Source of the DNA: Escherichia coli phage Wa28 | Length of the DNA stretch: 64,000 nucleotides | Sequence record: LC788710.1 | Reading direction: 5' to 3' (one strand) | Shown here: piece after piece, positions 36,084 through 45,084 of the stretch | How the letters are laid out: each line of letters opens with the position of its first letter | How positions within the stretch are numbered: position 1 is the stretch's first letter | Position numbers and translations under genes: made by a program | Notes under the pieces: model-generated | What the model was told of the DNA's origin: nothing | The model's database searches: none | What the model saw: only the letters and a program-made list of their open reading frames with translations

Positions 36084-37028
36084 TTACTTGTTACGCATAT
36101 CCATGATCATTTGACCATCGTAGCCAGTACCAACAACAGTCTGCGGTACACCACCTTGGTATTTTTCAGCACGAAGCATTTCAACTTCCAGCTGCTTCCA
36201 ACGAATCATTTCAGGAGTAATGGTACGTTGCAGCGCGGCGTTAGCTTCAGCTTCTTTCTTAGCTGCGTACAGTTTAGCATCTGCGTCACGTTCGTTAGCT
36301 ACTGCCATGTTTTCACGAGCAGAACGATCAGCTTCAGCTTGCTTAACTTTCTGCTGTGCTTCTTGTTCAACACGAGCCAATTCAGCTTTAGCGGCGTTAA
36401 CTTGTTCTTCACGAACTTTTGTGTTTTGTACCTGTTCCATGATTACAGGTGGCAGAGTAATATCCTGAAGGAATACTTGCTTAACCGTGTAACCATAAGG
36501 ACGCGCGTACTCTTCTACTTCTTGCTGAATAGCAGTTTGCAGTTGAGCCTGAATCTTAGCGTCGAACAGATCTTGTGCTTTTGGTACAGACTTACCAAAC
36601 TCACGAATCGTAGATAGCATCTTCTCTTCAACGTACTTGTTCAGAGCTTGATCCTGAGTACCTGCGTTAACACGGTTCATAGGAGCTTTAGCACCATCAA
36701 ACTGCAACATAACGGTAATGTCAACAGTGGACTTAAACTTATCCTGGCTAGGAACCTGGAGTTTATCCAGTTTCATAGAAATATCTTTCGTACTAAAAGT
36801 ATCAAAAGAGGCGAATGGGTTGACAATATGGAACCCCGGCAATACAGGATTAGGACTAACTTTACCCAGGAAAGTCTGAGTTTTAACCGTACCGTCCTGA
36901 ACAACTGTATAGGAATTGAGAGCCAGAATAAGAGCGCCAAGACCAACTACAGCACCAACACCCCAACGTTTAATAGTACGAATTACTTTTTGATCGGAAG
37001 TCAGTTCTTTAGTGTTTTTAGTAAACAT
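36084..37028 (-). CDS. SPFH/band-7 (prohibitin/HflC-like) membrane protein
   Basis: N-terminal TM, SPFH core, Ala/Glu/Lys-rich coiled-coil tail. Confidence 0.75.
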   Translation of the reverse strand: MFTKNTKELTSDQKVIRTIKRWGVGAVVGLGALILALNSYTVVQDGTVKTQTFLGKVSPNPVLPGFHIVNPFASFDTFSTKDISMKLDKLQVPSQDKFKSTVDITVMLQFDGAKAPMNRVNAGTQDQALNKYVEEKMLSTIREFGKSVPKAQDLFDAKIQAQLQTAIQQEVEEYARPYGYTVKQVFLQDITLPPVIMEQVQNTKVREEQVNAAKAELARVEQEAQQKVKQAEADRSARENMAVANERDADAKLYAAKKEAEANAALQRTITPEMIRWKQLEVEMLRAEKYQGGVPQTVVGTGYDGQMIMDMRNK

Positions 37029-37039
37029 ATATTTCCTTA

Positions 37040-37240
37040 TTATTTAGAAGAGTTAGCTACTACAGTTACTTTAGTTGCAGAAATAAACAGGCTAGCATCC
37101 ACAGCAAATTCAGGAGCTTTGATATCTCCGTTATGAAATATGACTATACCGGAGACTACTTCAAATGCTAGCGCTGTAACATCGGTGGTATTTACTTGTG
37201 AATGTTCACCTACTACTTTTACTATATATCGTGTTTTCAC
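37040..37240 (-). CDS. small protein, possible NfeD-like partner of SPFH
   Basis: 66-aa ORF immediately upstream of SPFH gene; beta-rich composition. Confidence 0.35.
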   Translation of the reverse strand: MKTRYIVKVVGEHSQVNTTDVTALAFEVVSGIVIFHNGDIKAPEFAVDASLFISATKVTVVANSSK

Positions 37241-37266
37241 TTTATTTTCCTAGCAGTTAATAAAAT

Positions 37267-37341
37267 TGGCCGAGGTGACAGGATTCGAACCTGCATAAAG
37301 GAATTTAGAAGACTCCTGCCTATCCCTTAGACTACACCCCG
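37267..37341 (-). tRNA. tRNA-Arg (UCU)
   Basis: Hand-folded. Confidence 0.65.
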
Positions 37342-38195
37342 TTTAGGTATTTTTAAGAACTCTTATAAAAGCTCTTAAAGATACCAGACGGTAGGTAGGG
37401 TCAGCCCCCTCAGATTAAGCTCTGCAGCCCTTCCGTCAGACAATATCTTCCAGTTTAAGTCAGGGTGACTTTGTGGTTATGTTCTCCGTATGTGAAGAAC
37501 TCGGTTAGGCTTAGGTCATGACTCCCAGCCTACTGCTGCCGCTCAACAGGAATTATCGCGAATTACCTGTACTATTGGGCACCATTAGTGACATCTCTCA
37601 TGTCAGCGTTTCCCACTCTCATATTCACGCGGTCTGTTAGAATCGCACCTCCGATTTTCGATGCGAAGCTGGATGCCTAGTCTCAGGTTAAACGGGGCAC
37701 ACACTAGGCAGTGATCCCGAGTTCCGAGTTTGGTTGAGGCCGTCAGGTTTCCTCGTGGTTTAGCTGTTTCGATTCTAACCTAATACTGATCAGGTGGCGT
37801 ACCTCCTGAACCGTCATAGTATGTACTCCAGCAGCGAATGCTTATCCGGTATAAGCCCGAGTTATCTGATTCTTTCCGACCGCAGGATTCGAACCTGCAT
37901 CTTCCACCAGTTACGGTTTGATATTACCGTTTATACTAGGACGGCAGTGTTATCACATAAGTCAGTTCGACACCCCACTAACATAAACTAGAGAAGAGTT
38001 TACGAGATTTCGGGACAGCTCCCGAGTTTTCCGCAGATTTTCAGTTCCCTATCAATAGCAATAAGCGTTAGCTCGTAGCCTCTCTCAGAGTACTTACTAG
38101 TCTCCAACTCACCGACTCTATTCAGTGGAATAGCTATCCTAGTAGGAATCACTAAACTCACTCAGCGTAATCGGCTCGCTGTTCTCTAATTTATG
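37342..38195 (-). ncRNA. about 850-nt ORF-free, hairpin-rich region transcribed from promoter at 38201-38229; candidate large structured RNA / leader
   Basis: No ORF >60 aa on minus; contains tRNA-like T-arm at 37882-37898. Confidence 0.35.
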
Positions 38196-38200
38196 AATCT

Positions 38201-38229
38201 ATTATACAGAATTTTGAGGCGTTTAGCAA
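38201..38229 (-). promoter_or_regulatory. early promoter TTGCTA-17-TATAAT
   Basis: Motif read. Confidence 0.65.
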
Positions 38230-38237
38230 ATCAATTT

Positions 38238-38681
38238 TTAATTAAATTCGCCAGCAACCTGAGCAGCAATGCCACCGTCGTAACGACCAGGAAACTCTTC
38301 CTTAATCGCTTTCATCAGCATACCTTTTGTAATCCCAGGGTTCAACTTAACTAATTCTGCAAAGTATTTGCGAATCTCAGAATCAGATAACTGAGGCGGC
38401 AGATACTGTTGTAGCCATTTGTTCAGTATATACTCATACTGAGCAGACTGCAAGCTATAATTATCAAGGTCTTGACCGTGAAGTTTAGCTTTCGTCTGAT
38501 TAATGCTTTTCAGTTGAGCTTTTAGATAAGATACAAACTGTTCAGAAGTAATGAAGTCTTTATCAACACGCTGAAGATCTCCGATTATGGTCTGGTAGCT
38601 TTTAGCTACTTCTTTATCAGAACCATCAACCTTAGATTCCTGCAAAGCCCTACGCAAAACATCTAGAATATTCTCTTCCAT
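38238..38681 (-). CDS. GatB/YqeY-like domain protein (147 aa)
   Basis: Helical protein; weak resemblance to YqeY family. Confidence 0.45.
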   Translation of the reverse strand: MEENILDVLRRALQESKVDGSDKEVAKSYQTIIGDLQRVDKDFITSEQFVSYLKAQLKSINQTKAKLHGQDLDNYSLQSAQYEYILNKWLQQYLPPQLSDSEIRKYFAELVKLNPGITKGMLMKAIKEEFPGRYDGGIAAQVAGEFN

Positions 38682-38881
38682 TATTTAATTCCCAGTGCTT
38701 GGTTAAAAGATTGTTCTGTCATAACTGCCGAGACTTTAGCGAAATCAAACTTCTTAGGGTTTGTAGTAATTTCAGCAACGTTAGTAGTTTTAACTGTTTT
38801 CGTAGTACGGATACCACGAGTATTAACACCAATAATTACAACTGATTTCATATTTCGCTTCCTCTCATTAATTTATGAAAG

Positions 38882-38910
38882 TATTATACAGAAATTTAAG
38901 GCTTTAAGCA
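38882..38910 (-). promoter_or_regulatory. early promoter TTGCTT-17-TATAAT
   Basis: Motif read. Confidence 0.65.
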
Positions 38911-38919
38911 ATCGAATTT

Positions 38920-39387
38920 TTAAGTTTTCTTAACCACAGGCTTGTAGAACGTATGGCCTTGAATCTTCGTTGTTTTCTTAAACTTCTTTGTCCAGTACGG
39001 TTTATCTTTACCACTATGGAAGTATAACGCTCCATGTGTTGGATCTTGTGGTAAATCAACGTAGTATATCACTCTAGCTAAATTCTTAGCAACTTGCCAA
39101 GCCTCATCGGTTTTATCAACTTTTGGTCTCTTGGCCACCCAAGAGAACTGGTTAGACTGATATACTACTTTACAGTAAGAATCAGGAAAAGTACCAGAGT
39201 TAACACGGTTTTTAGTAACCTGTGCAACTGCGATCATTCCTTTAGTGCCCTCACCTCGTGCTTCGAAGTAGATATTTTTTGCAATGCAATCAATCTGCTT
39301 TGAGTCGTAGGTCGCATGACTATTGAAGCTATAGGTTAGGGCAGCTATTAAAAGCAAAGCTGCCTTCATTTTATTTACTCCGGCCAA
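38920..39387 (-). CDS. secreted SleB-like cell-wall hydrolase
   Basis: Signal peptide; NIYFEARGEG...VAQVTKNRV motif. Confidence 0.5.
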   Translation of the reverse strand: MAGVNKMKAALLLIAALTYSFNSHATYDSKQIDCIAKNIYFEARGEGTKGMIAVAQVTKNRVNSGTFPDSYCKVVYQSNQFSWVAKRPKVDKTDEAWQVAKNLARVIYYVDLPQDPTHGALYFHSGKDKPYWTKKFKKTTKIQGHTFYKPVVKKT

Positions 39388-39692
39388 TCGTACTCAATAC
39401 GATTAGGGCTTTCTTGATACCCTTCGTCTAAGAGATCATTACGCATGGTCTCTTTAGCTACTGGGTTCGAGGTTACTAGTACCACTTTCTTGGGTCTCTG
39501 ACCAAATTCTAGGAGTAAACGAAGAATTTGATAACCTTCCATACCATCTACAGCCAGATCGTTATCCATATAAACGAAATGACCTGTGGTATCGGTTTTA
39601 TTCAGAAACTCAACAGCGGCTTCGGGGGTTCGAATGATAATGTCCATTCCATGAAGGTTACGCACATCATCAATCAGAATATGAAAAATCAT
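39375..39692 (-). CDS. CheY-like receiver-domain protein (putative)
   Basis: ILIDDV...MDNDL..GMEGYQ pattern. Confidence 0.35.
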   Translation of the reverse strand: MIFHILIDDVRNLHGMDIIIRTPEAAVEFLNKTDTTGHFVYMDNDLAVDGMEGYQILRLLLEFGQRPKKVVLVTSNPVAKETMRNDLLDEGYQESPNRIEYDWPE

Positions 39693-39722
39693 AATAGCCT
39701 CGTCTCATCAATTTAAAAATAT

Positions 39723-39751
39723 ATTATACAGAAAACTAAACTAATTAGCAA
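39723..39751 (-). promoter_or_regulatory. early promoter TTGCTA-17-TATAAT
   Basis: Motif read. Confidence 0.65.
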
Positions 39752-40131
39752 ATACATTTTTAAATTGAGAGACTAGTAAACCGATAAACAGCCTAGAGGC
39801 GCCACAGGCCATATCTTATGAGCCATGTACCTTTGATCTAGGGTTTGAATCATCAACGAATACTTTGCATCTTTTAGCTTTAGAAGGTTAGAAGTTTGAG
39901 TGCTTTTAACTTTTCAGCTTTCATACTTGAGCGTTGATCTTTGAAGTTGTGTTGGTACTACCAACGACCGTTTTTACAGTTCAGCTTAAGAGGCTGGTGT
40001 AATAAACATAATCTCCAATAGATTATACTTTATAGTATGGTCAGCGGTCTTATTTAACCTCGTATTTCAACCGCTGCTGCGAGGTAAGATGCTTGGGCTT
40101 TCGTCTACCGATTTACTAGTCTTTTAAATTA

Positions 40132-40770
40132 TTACTCTACTTCGATAAAAGTAGAGGCGTTGGACTCAGATAGAACAAAGTCAACGTTAGTTGCAAAGTC
40201 CTGGTACTCTTCGTCGTGTTGCTTGATCAGCTTTTCCAGCCCCAGCGGATCGATCAGGAACGGAGTGTTCTTGAGTTCCAGCAGGTTAAGCTGCATCTTA
40301 ACTTCATCCTCGGAAGTCTTCTTGTCGCGGGTAGCCATGGTATCCTGCAAACGCTCATACTTAGCATCAAACTGAGCTTTCTGAGTGTTAAACTTAACAG
40401 TAGCAGCATGGAACTGCTTACGCATGTTAGCCAGCAACTGAGCTTTGAGTTCCATAGAACGCTTAGCTTCGATTGCTTCCGCAACAGTCATAGAGCGCGA
40501 ACCGATCTCTACAACAGTTTCAGCATTGCTCTTGATCAGCGCAGCTTTCAGACGATCACGCTGGGACATCATATCCAGCAGAGACTGGAAATCAGTCTTA
40601 ATACGGGTAGACAGAGCATCTACTTCGATTGCAGCGCCAACGACAACTTGGTTCTTGTCCTTACCTTCACCAACAGCGATCAAAAGCTGTTGTTCAGTAG
40701 CTTTACGGATTTTAGCTTCCAGAGACTTGATAGTTGCCAGAGCACGAGTTTTAGAGATACGAGTAGTCAT
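40132..40770 (-). CDS. hypothetical protein (212 aa, helical)
   Basis: ORF. Confidence 0.55.
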   Translation of the reverse strand: MTTRISKTRALATIKSLEAKIRKATEQQLLIAVGEGKDKNQVVVGAAIEVDALSTRIKTDFQSLLDMMSQRDRLKAALIKSNAETVVEIGSRSMTVAEAIEAKRSMELKAQLLANMRKQFHAATVKFNTQKAQFDAKYERLQDTMATRDKKTSEDEVKMQLNLLELKNTPFLIDPLGLEKLIKQHDEEYQDFATNVDFVLSESNASTFIEVE

Positions 40771-40823
40771 TATTTGCTTCCTTATATGAAGTTTGAGATT
40801 TGAATTTGTTTAAAAACGGCCTA

Positions 40824-41006
40824 TTACAGACCGATTGCCAGCATAGTGTGCAGAACAGTATCAGAACTGTTATCAATATTCGGATTGGCGCGATTCAGTA
40901 CATTAAAGATTTTCTGGATGCCGGACTGACGTTCAGCCATACGACGCAGACCCAGGTTACGTTTTGCTACTTTACCATTTTTACGGACGTTTTTAGATAC
41001 TGGCAT
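40824..41006 (-). CDS. small basic protein (60 aa)
   Basis: ORF. Confidence 0.4.
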   Translation of the reverse strand: MPVSKNVRKNGKVAKRNLGLRRMAERQSGIQKIFNVLNRANPNIDNSSDTVLHTMLAIGL

Positions 41007-41046
41007 AATTGTTTTCCTTTTGTTGTTCTCTCAAATTTATGAATAT

Positions 41047-41075
41047 ATTATACAGAATTTTGGAGCTGAAAGCAA
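41047..41075 (-). promoter_or_regulatory. early promoter TTGCTT-17-TATAAT
   Basis: Motif read. Confidence 0.65.
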
Positions 41076-41076
41076 A

Positions 41077-41778
41077 TCAAATTTTGATTTTTTCGATCAT
41101 GACGGCTACACAATAACTTTCAACTAAAGCATCGAATGCTGGATCATGCTTCACAGGATAGATTCCATAACGAATGGTGTCCATCTTTTCCATTTTAGCT
41201 TTTGCCCAGCTAGCACCTTCGGCTTCTAGATCTTTATAGCTATAACCAGCTTGCATCCACTGATTACGGAAAGATCGAACGTTACCTAAGTTCCAGAATT
41301 TCCACGGAACTATTTCTTCATGGGTTCCGGCATGGAACGTATTTGCAGAGTAGATTGTCATATCAAACTCTGGGCCATTGCCGTAGTACAGAGCATTATC
41401 TCCTAGAGACAATTCCATAATGTTCTGAGCCATAGAGAAGGCAGCATAATTAGAGCCTACGTCATTAGTGCAGTGATGCTTACCATCACGGAAGGCAATC
41501 AGTTTAGGATTACGACCATTTAGAGCCTCCATAATATGGAGCGCAGATGGACTGTTTTTAGCTTGATCCATCCAGAATGCAATAGTAGAGGCAGTTACCT
41601 TAGCACCCGCATTAAGCTGATCTTGAACGTCTAGAGTAACGAATACCAGATCAGGATCTTTATCAATTCCGTGCATCGCTACAAAAGCGAAAGAAGGCAT
41701 TGCAATATGAGTAGTACCGCAATTTCCTGGAGTACCTAGAGATTCAATGTCCAGCATACCAAAGGGCTTGAATTTCAT
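41077..41778 (-). CDS. hypothetical protein, possible DnaQ-like 3'-5' exonuclease
   Basis: N-terminal GMLDIESLG resembles Exo I motif D-x-E. Confidence 0.4.
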   Translation of the reverse strand: MKFKPFGMLDIESLGTPGNCGTTHIAMPSFAFVAMHGIDKDPDLVFVTLDVQDQLNAGAKVTASTIAFWMDQAKNSPSALHIMEALNGRNPKLIAFRDGKHHCTNDVGSNYAAFSMAQNIMELSLGDNALYYGNGPEFDMTIYSANTFHAGTHEEIVPWKFWNLGNVRSFRNQWMQAGYSYKDLEAEGASWAKAKMEKMDTIRYGIYPVKHDPAFDALVESYCVAVMIEKIKI

Positions 41779-41808
41779 AATTATGTCCTTTATTGTTGTA
41801 GAAAACTA

Positions 41809-42021
41809 TTAAAGAGCTGTCTCTTTAATAGACTCCCACTGTTTGGGGTCTTTCAGAGGAAGTTCCTCTTCTTCAAACAGGTCTGTTCCATTTTCACTAA
41901 CATCCCAGTTTTCTTCCATGATTTCTTCTAGAAGCTCATGTTTAGAAAGACGAGTGTAGTCTCTAGCAGACTTGTGAGTGCTAGCACGGTTAAAATCATT
42001 CTTTGCAACGAAGTTACGCAT
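41809..42021 (-). CDS. hypothetical protein (70 aa)
   Basis: ORF. Confidence 0.45.
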   Translation of the reverse strand: MRNFVAKNDFNRASTHKSARDYTRLSKHELLEEIMEENWDVSENGTDLFEEEELPLKDPKQWESIKETAL

Positions 42022-42029
42022 AGTTTCTC

Positions 42030-42054
42030 CAAATAAGAGGGGCTTTCGCCCCCT
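42030..42054 (-). terminator. rho-independent terminator (GAGGGGCTTTCGCCCC)
   Basis: Hairpin. Confidence 0.6.
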
Positions 42055-42062
42055 GATTTAAA

Positions 42063-42278
42063 TTACTTGCCCAGCAGTTTAAGGATATTTTCCTTAATAG
42101 TTTGAGCAGATTTTTCACTCTTATTGGTTTCAGCCAGTTTCAGAGCGAGTTCTTCCTGCTGTTTCTGAATATCAGCAGCAGTTTTCTGGTCAGCTTCAAT
42201 ACGAGCTTGAAGTTCATCAGTAATAGTGGTAAAGGAAGCAACGATTTCAGTAACGGAACGTGGTTTCTTAGAGAACAT
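42063..42278 (-). CDS. hypothetical protein (71 aa)
   Basis: ORF. Confidence 0.45.
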   Translation of the reverse strand: MFSKKPRSVTEIVASFTTITDELQARIEADQKTAADIQKQQEELALKLAETNKSEKSAQTIKENILKLLGK

Positions 42279-42299
42279 AAAAATATCCTTAATTAGTCA

Positions 42300-42324
42300 G
42301 AGAAAGAGTTAGTATATGGGGCTT
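42300..42324 (-). terminator. rho-independent terminator (ATGGGGCTTTCGCCCCAT)
   Basis: Hairpin. Confidence 0.6.
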
Positions 42325-42339
42325 TCGCCCCATCAATCA

Positions 42340-42864
42340 TTACTTCGCTTTACGCTTACGAGCAGGTTTAGTGGATTTAGTGGATTTACGATCAGAAGCA
42401 CCAGTAAACTTAATACCGATACCATAGCACAGAGCGCGAACGTTGTCACGGCTATACTCTACCCCGAAGATATTCGGTTTAACGGAGCCAAACTGTCCAC
42501 GGGATTCACGCATTACGTCAGCCATTGGCTTACGCTTCTGATTGACTGCTTTTTCGTAATCTTTCAGAGCCATACCGTTGCGGGCGAACATCTCAGCACC
42601 TCCGTTAAAGCTCAGAGTTACCGGTACAGACTTATGACCTTCACCCTTGATGAACACAACCTGCTTAGCAGTTGCGCGAGTGGAGTTCTTAGCCTTCGGC
42701 TTCTGACGAATCGGAGCCGGAGACTTCAGAGCAGTCTGAGCCTGAGCATCGCTAGGATGCTTACGCAGATGACGTTCCAGACGAGCCTTACGATTGGCTT
42801 CGGTCTGAGCGAAAGTTTTAACTGCCGGAGCTGCCTGAGTTTTTGCGTTTTTCTGCTTAGCCAT
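42340..42864 (-). CDS. highly basic protein (174 aa), possible nucleic-acid binding
   Basis: Lys/Arg-rich termini. Confidence 0.55.
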   Translation of the reverse strand: MAKQKNAKTQAAPAVKTFAQTEANRKARLERHLRKHPSDAQAQTALKSPAPIRQKPKAKNSTRATAKQVVFIKGEGHKSVPVTLSFNGGAEMFARNGMALKDYEKAVNQKRKPMADVMRESRGQFGSVKPNIFGVEYSRDNVRALCYGIGIKFTGASDRKSTKSTKPARKRKAK

Positions 42865-42902
42865 TATTTGTTTTCCTTTTTGTTGATCAATTTATGAGAT
42901 AT

Positions 42903-42931
42903 ATTATACTAAATTTTGAAGCGTTTAGCAA
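42903..42931 (-). promoter_or_regulatory. early promoter TTGCTA-17-TATAAT
   Basis: Motif read. Confidence 0.65.
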
Positions 42932-42947
42932 ATGAATTTTTTAAAAA

Positions 42948-43226
42948 TTATCTGCCGATCATCTTAGCTTGTTCCTCACTGGAAACGTATTGATAACCAC
43001 CCTTGTTATACGCAGGAGCAGTACACAGTTTCTTACGCTCAATTTCTTCTTGAGCTTTGCGTTCCCTTTCGGCTAACTCTTCATCTAGGTAAACTAGACG
43101 TTGCTCCGGAGGTGGTGGAAGCCTAGTTTCTGGCTCACCAATATTTGCCTTTCTGATCTGACGCGGAGATTGTGCGCGTTTTCTCAAAGGTTTAAATCCT
43201 AATGAATTTGAGTTGTAAATTCGCAT
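42948..43226 (-). CDS. hypothetical protein (92 aa)
   Basis: ORF. Confidence 0.45.
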   Translation of the reverse strand: MRIYNSNSLGFKPLRKRAQSPRQIRKANIGEPETRLPPPPEQRLVYLDEELAERERKAQEEIERKKLCTAPAYNKGGYQYVSSEEQAKMIGR

Positions 43227-43253
43227 AAAGCCCTCCTCACTTTCAATACGAAT

Positions 43254-43282
43254 ATTATACTAAATTCGAGGGCTTTAAGCAA
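43254..43282 (-). promoter_or_regulatory. early promoter TTGCTT-17-TATAAT
   Basis: Motif read. Confidence 0.65.
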
Positions 43283-43302
43283 GTGAATTTTTAATTTATT
43301 TA

Positions 43303-43791
43303 TTACATCTCAGCAAGTTCTTGCTCAGTAATTACAGTATTGCATAGAGCATCAACTTCTTCATTACCACGAATACCTGAGTGACCTTTAACCTTAACAA
43401 AGGTTGGATTGGTATCATGGAAGTTAATGTACTGTTGGGTTAGTTTAAATGCTTCTTGCCAGAGTTCTAGATTAAGAGGGGTTTCACCATCTCCCTTCTT
43501 CCAGCCTTTCTTCTGCCAAGACCACATCCAGCTTTCCATACCATTTTTGCAGTAAGCAGAATCAGTGTAGATAATTACTGGACGATTATCTTTCTTAGTA
43601 GACCAACGAAGAACTTCTACAATTGCAGTAAGTTCCATTTCGTTATTAGTAGTTTTAGGGCTGAAGCCAGATTTAGAGCCAATACGATCATCATTATCAT
43701 TATAGACAACGAATCCCCACGCACCTAAACCAGGATTGCCTTTACATGCACCATCTGTATATATGTGGAAAACCGACATTATTTGCTCCAA
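43303..43791 (-). CDS. rnhA: ribonuclease H
   Basis: HIYTDGACKGNPG, ELTA, YTDS, GHSG..GNEEVD motifs. Confidence 0.8.
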   Translation of the reverse strand: MEQIMSVFHIYTDGACKGNPGLGAWGFVVYNDNDDRIGSKSGFSPKTTNNEMELTAIVEVLRWSTKKDNRPVIIYTDSAYCKNGMESWMWSWQKKGWKKGDGETPLNLELWQEAFKLTQQYINFHDTNPTFVKVKGHSGIRGNEEVDALCNTVITEQELAEM

Positions 43792-44048
43792 TCAATTTCA
43801 AGCCAAAAACCTTCACGCTGTTCATACTTAGCTTCTACAACATAACCTAGTTTGCTAAGTTTTTGCATGACGCTATTTCTAGCGTTTTCTGAGTATTCAG
43901 TTAATCCCTGGATGTGACAATTAAATTCTTTATCTTTAATAGCTTTGTCAATCTCTACGGCAATAAGTGATTCTAGGTCAATTACTTCCTTTTTAATGCT
44001 AGCAATAGTATTTTGTTTTGCTTCTAAAGCAGATAAAAGAATAGACAT
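43779..44048 (-). CDS. hypothetical protein (89 aa)
   Basis: ORF. Confidence 0.45.
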   Translation of the reverse strand: MSILLSALEAKQNTIASIKKEVIDLESLIAVEIDKAIKDKEFNCHIQGLTEYSENARNSVMQKLSKLGYVVEAKYEQREGFWLEIDWSK

Positions 44049-44050
44049 AT

Positions 44051-44629
44051 TTATTCTCCAATTACTAAAATATCATGTTGAGAAGATACACCACACATAT
44101 AATCTGCACAATGCGTAAAAGCCAGATCAATGATTTCAAATATATCATCTACATCTAAATCTGTGGCTCGACAATCCGCAATAGCTAAACCTGTACGAAT
44201 ACTGGAAAGTACATCTTCTCCTCCACAGCCTACACCGGCATATTCAACTTCTAGAATAGAAGCATTAGATTGGAAAATAAAGATTCTTCCTTTGTAGAGC
44301 ATAATAAATTGTCCCAGATTAGGTTCAGCATATTTTTCATTTTTCTTTTCGCCAAAATCTTTCTGGTTAAACATATCACGTAATTTAGGTACTATTTCCG
44401 TATATAAATATTTATCATCAGAAATATCTGCTAAACGTGGTGGTACAGTAAAGCTATGCTCTAGTAATTGTCCCATGTAGAAGGAACTAGTGTATCCGAA
44501 GCACAAATCATCAGAGATTTTGAATACTTTCGGATTTTTAACCAGCAGTTTCGTATAGCCATTAGAACCCATACGATCACCGGCTAAGTATACTTTATCT
44601 TTATATTTAAATGCTACTATGGCTGTCAT
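44051..44629 (-). CDS. Ntn-hydrolase (HslV/proteasome-beta-like) peptidase, putative
   Basis: Thr directly after initiator Met (MTAIVAFKYKDKVYLAGD). Confidence 0.45.
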   Translation of the reverse strand: MTAIVAFKYKDKVYLAGDRMGSNGYTKLLVKNPKVFKISDDLCFGYTSSFYMGQLLEHSFTVPPRLADISDDKYLYTEIVPKLRDMFNQKDFGEKKNEKYAEPNLGQFIMLYKGRIFIFQSNASILEVEYAGVGCGGEDVLSSIRTGLAIADCRATDLDVDDIFEIIDLAFTHCADYMCGVSSQHDILVIGE

Positions 44630-44659
44630 TATTAAATCCTTCTGTCAAATTAGAAGTAT

Positions 44660-44688
44660 ATTATATTTGAATTTCACTCAGTAAGCAA
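44660..44688 (-). promoter_or_regulatory. early promoter TTGCTT-17-TATAAT
   Basis: Motif read. Confidence 0.65.
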
Positions 44689-44727
44689 ATGAAATTTAAA
44701 TATAATAGCCCCGAAGGGCTATTTGAA

Positions 44728-45081
44728 TTAGATTATAATCAAGATTATTAGGGCGTATGTCAGATAATGCAGTAACTGATCAAATCCTAAAGCTATCCAA
44801 AACTTAGCATCGCTTATAGCGTATTTACAGCGTTGTGCTTTCCAATAATCTATAATAAAGTGTAGAATTAATTCCATAATAGCTAAAGCTATAGACATTC
44901 CTGGTGATGTGAATAGGATTAGAATTGCAAATGTTAATCCAGCATGTACTAGCGAATGGGTTAATAATGGAAGTTTCCACCCTATTTTATGCGTCTTTCT
45001 TAGCATATATGGTGTTTGGAGTGGATAATCGGCCATAAAATGTTTTAGAAAGAATATGACAAATAATAGTATAATTAACAT
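44728..45081 (-). CDS. membrane protein (117 aa)
   Basis: ORF, 3 hydrophobic segments. Confidence 0.5.
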   Translation of the reverse strand: MLIILLFVIFFLKHFMADYPLQTPYMLRKTHKIGWKLPLLTHSLVHAGLTFAILILFTSPGMSIALAIMELILHFIIDYWKAQRCKYAISDAKFWIALGFDQLLHYLTYALIILIII

Positions 45082-45084
45082 ATG

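Noticed and set aside
36111-36617. Antisense ORFs opposite well-supported genes (e.g. 1060..1440, 1188..1544, 6551..6943, 36111..36617, 40216..40803, 42316..42897, 48821..49102, 49708..50088, 52920..53132, 54936..55295)
   Set aside because: Lie entirely within stronger ORFs on the other strand, lack ribosome-binding sites and have low-complexity translations.
37875-37945. Full tRNA at 37875-37945
   Set aside because: T-arm present but no encoded CCA, poor acceptor pairing and an 8-10-nt candidate anticodon loop.
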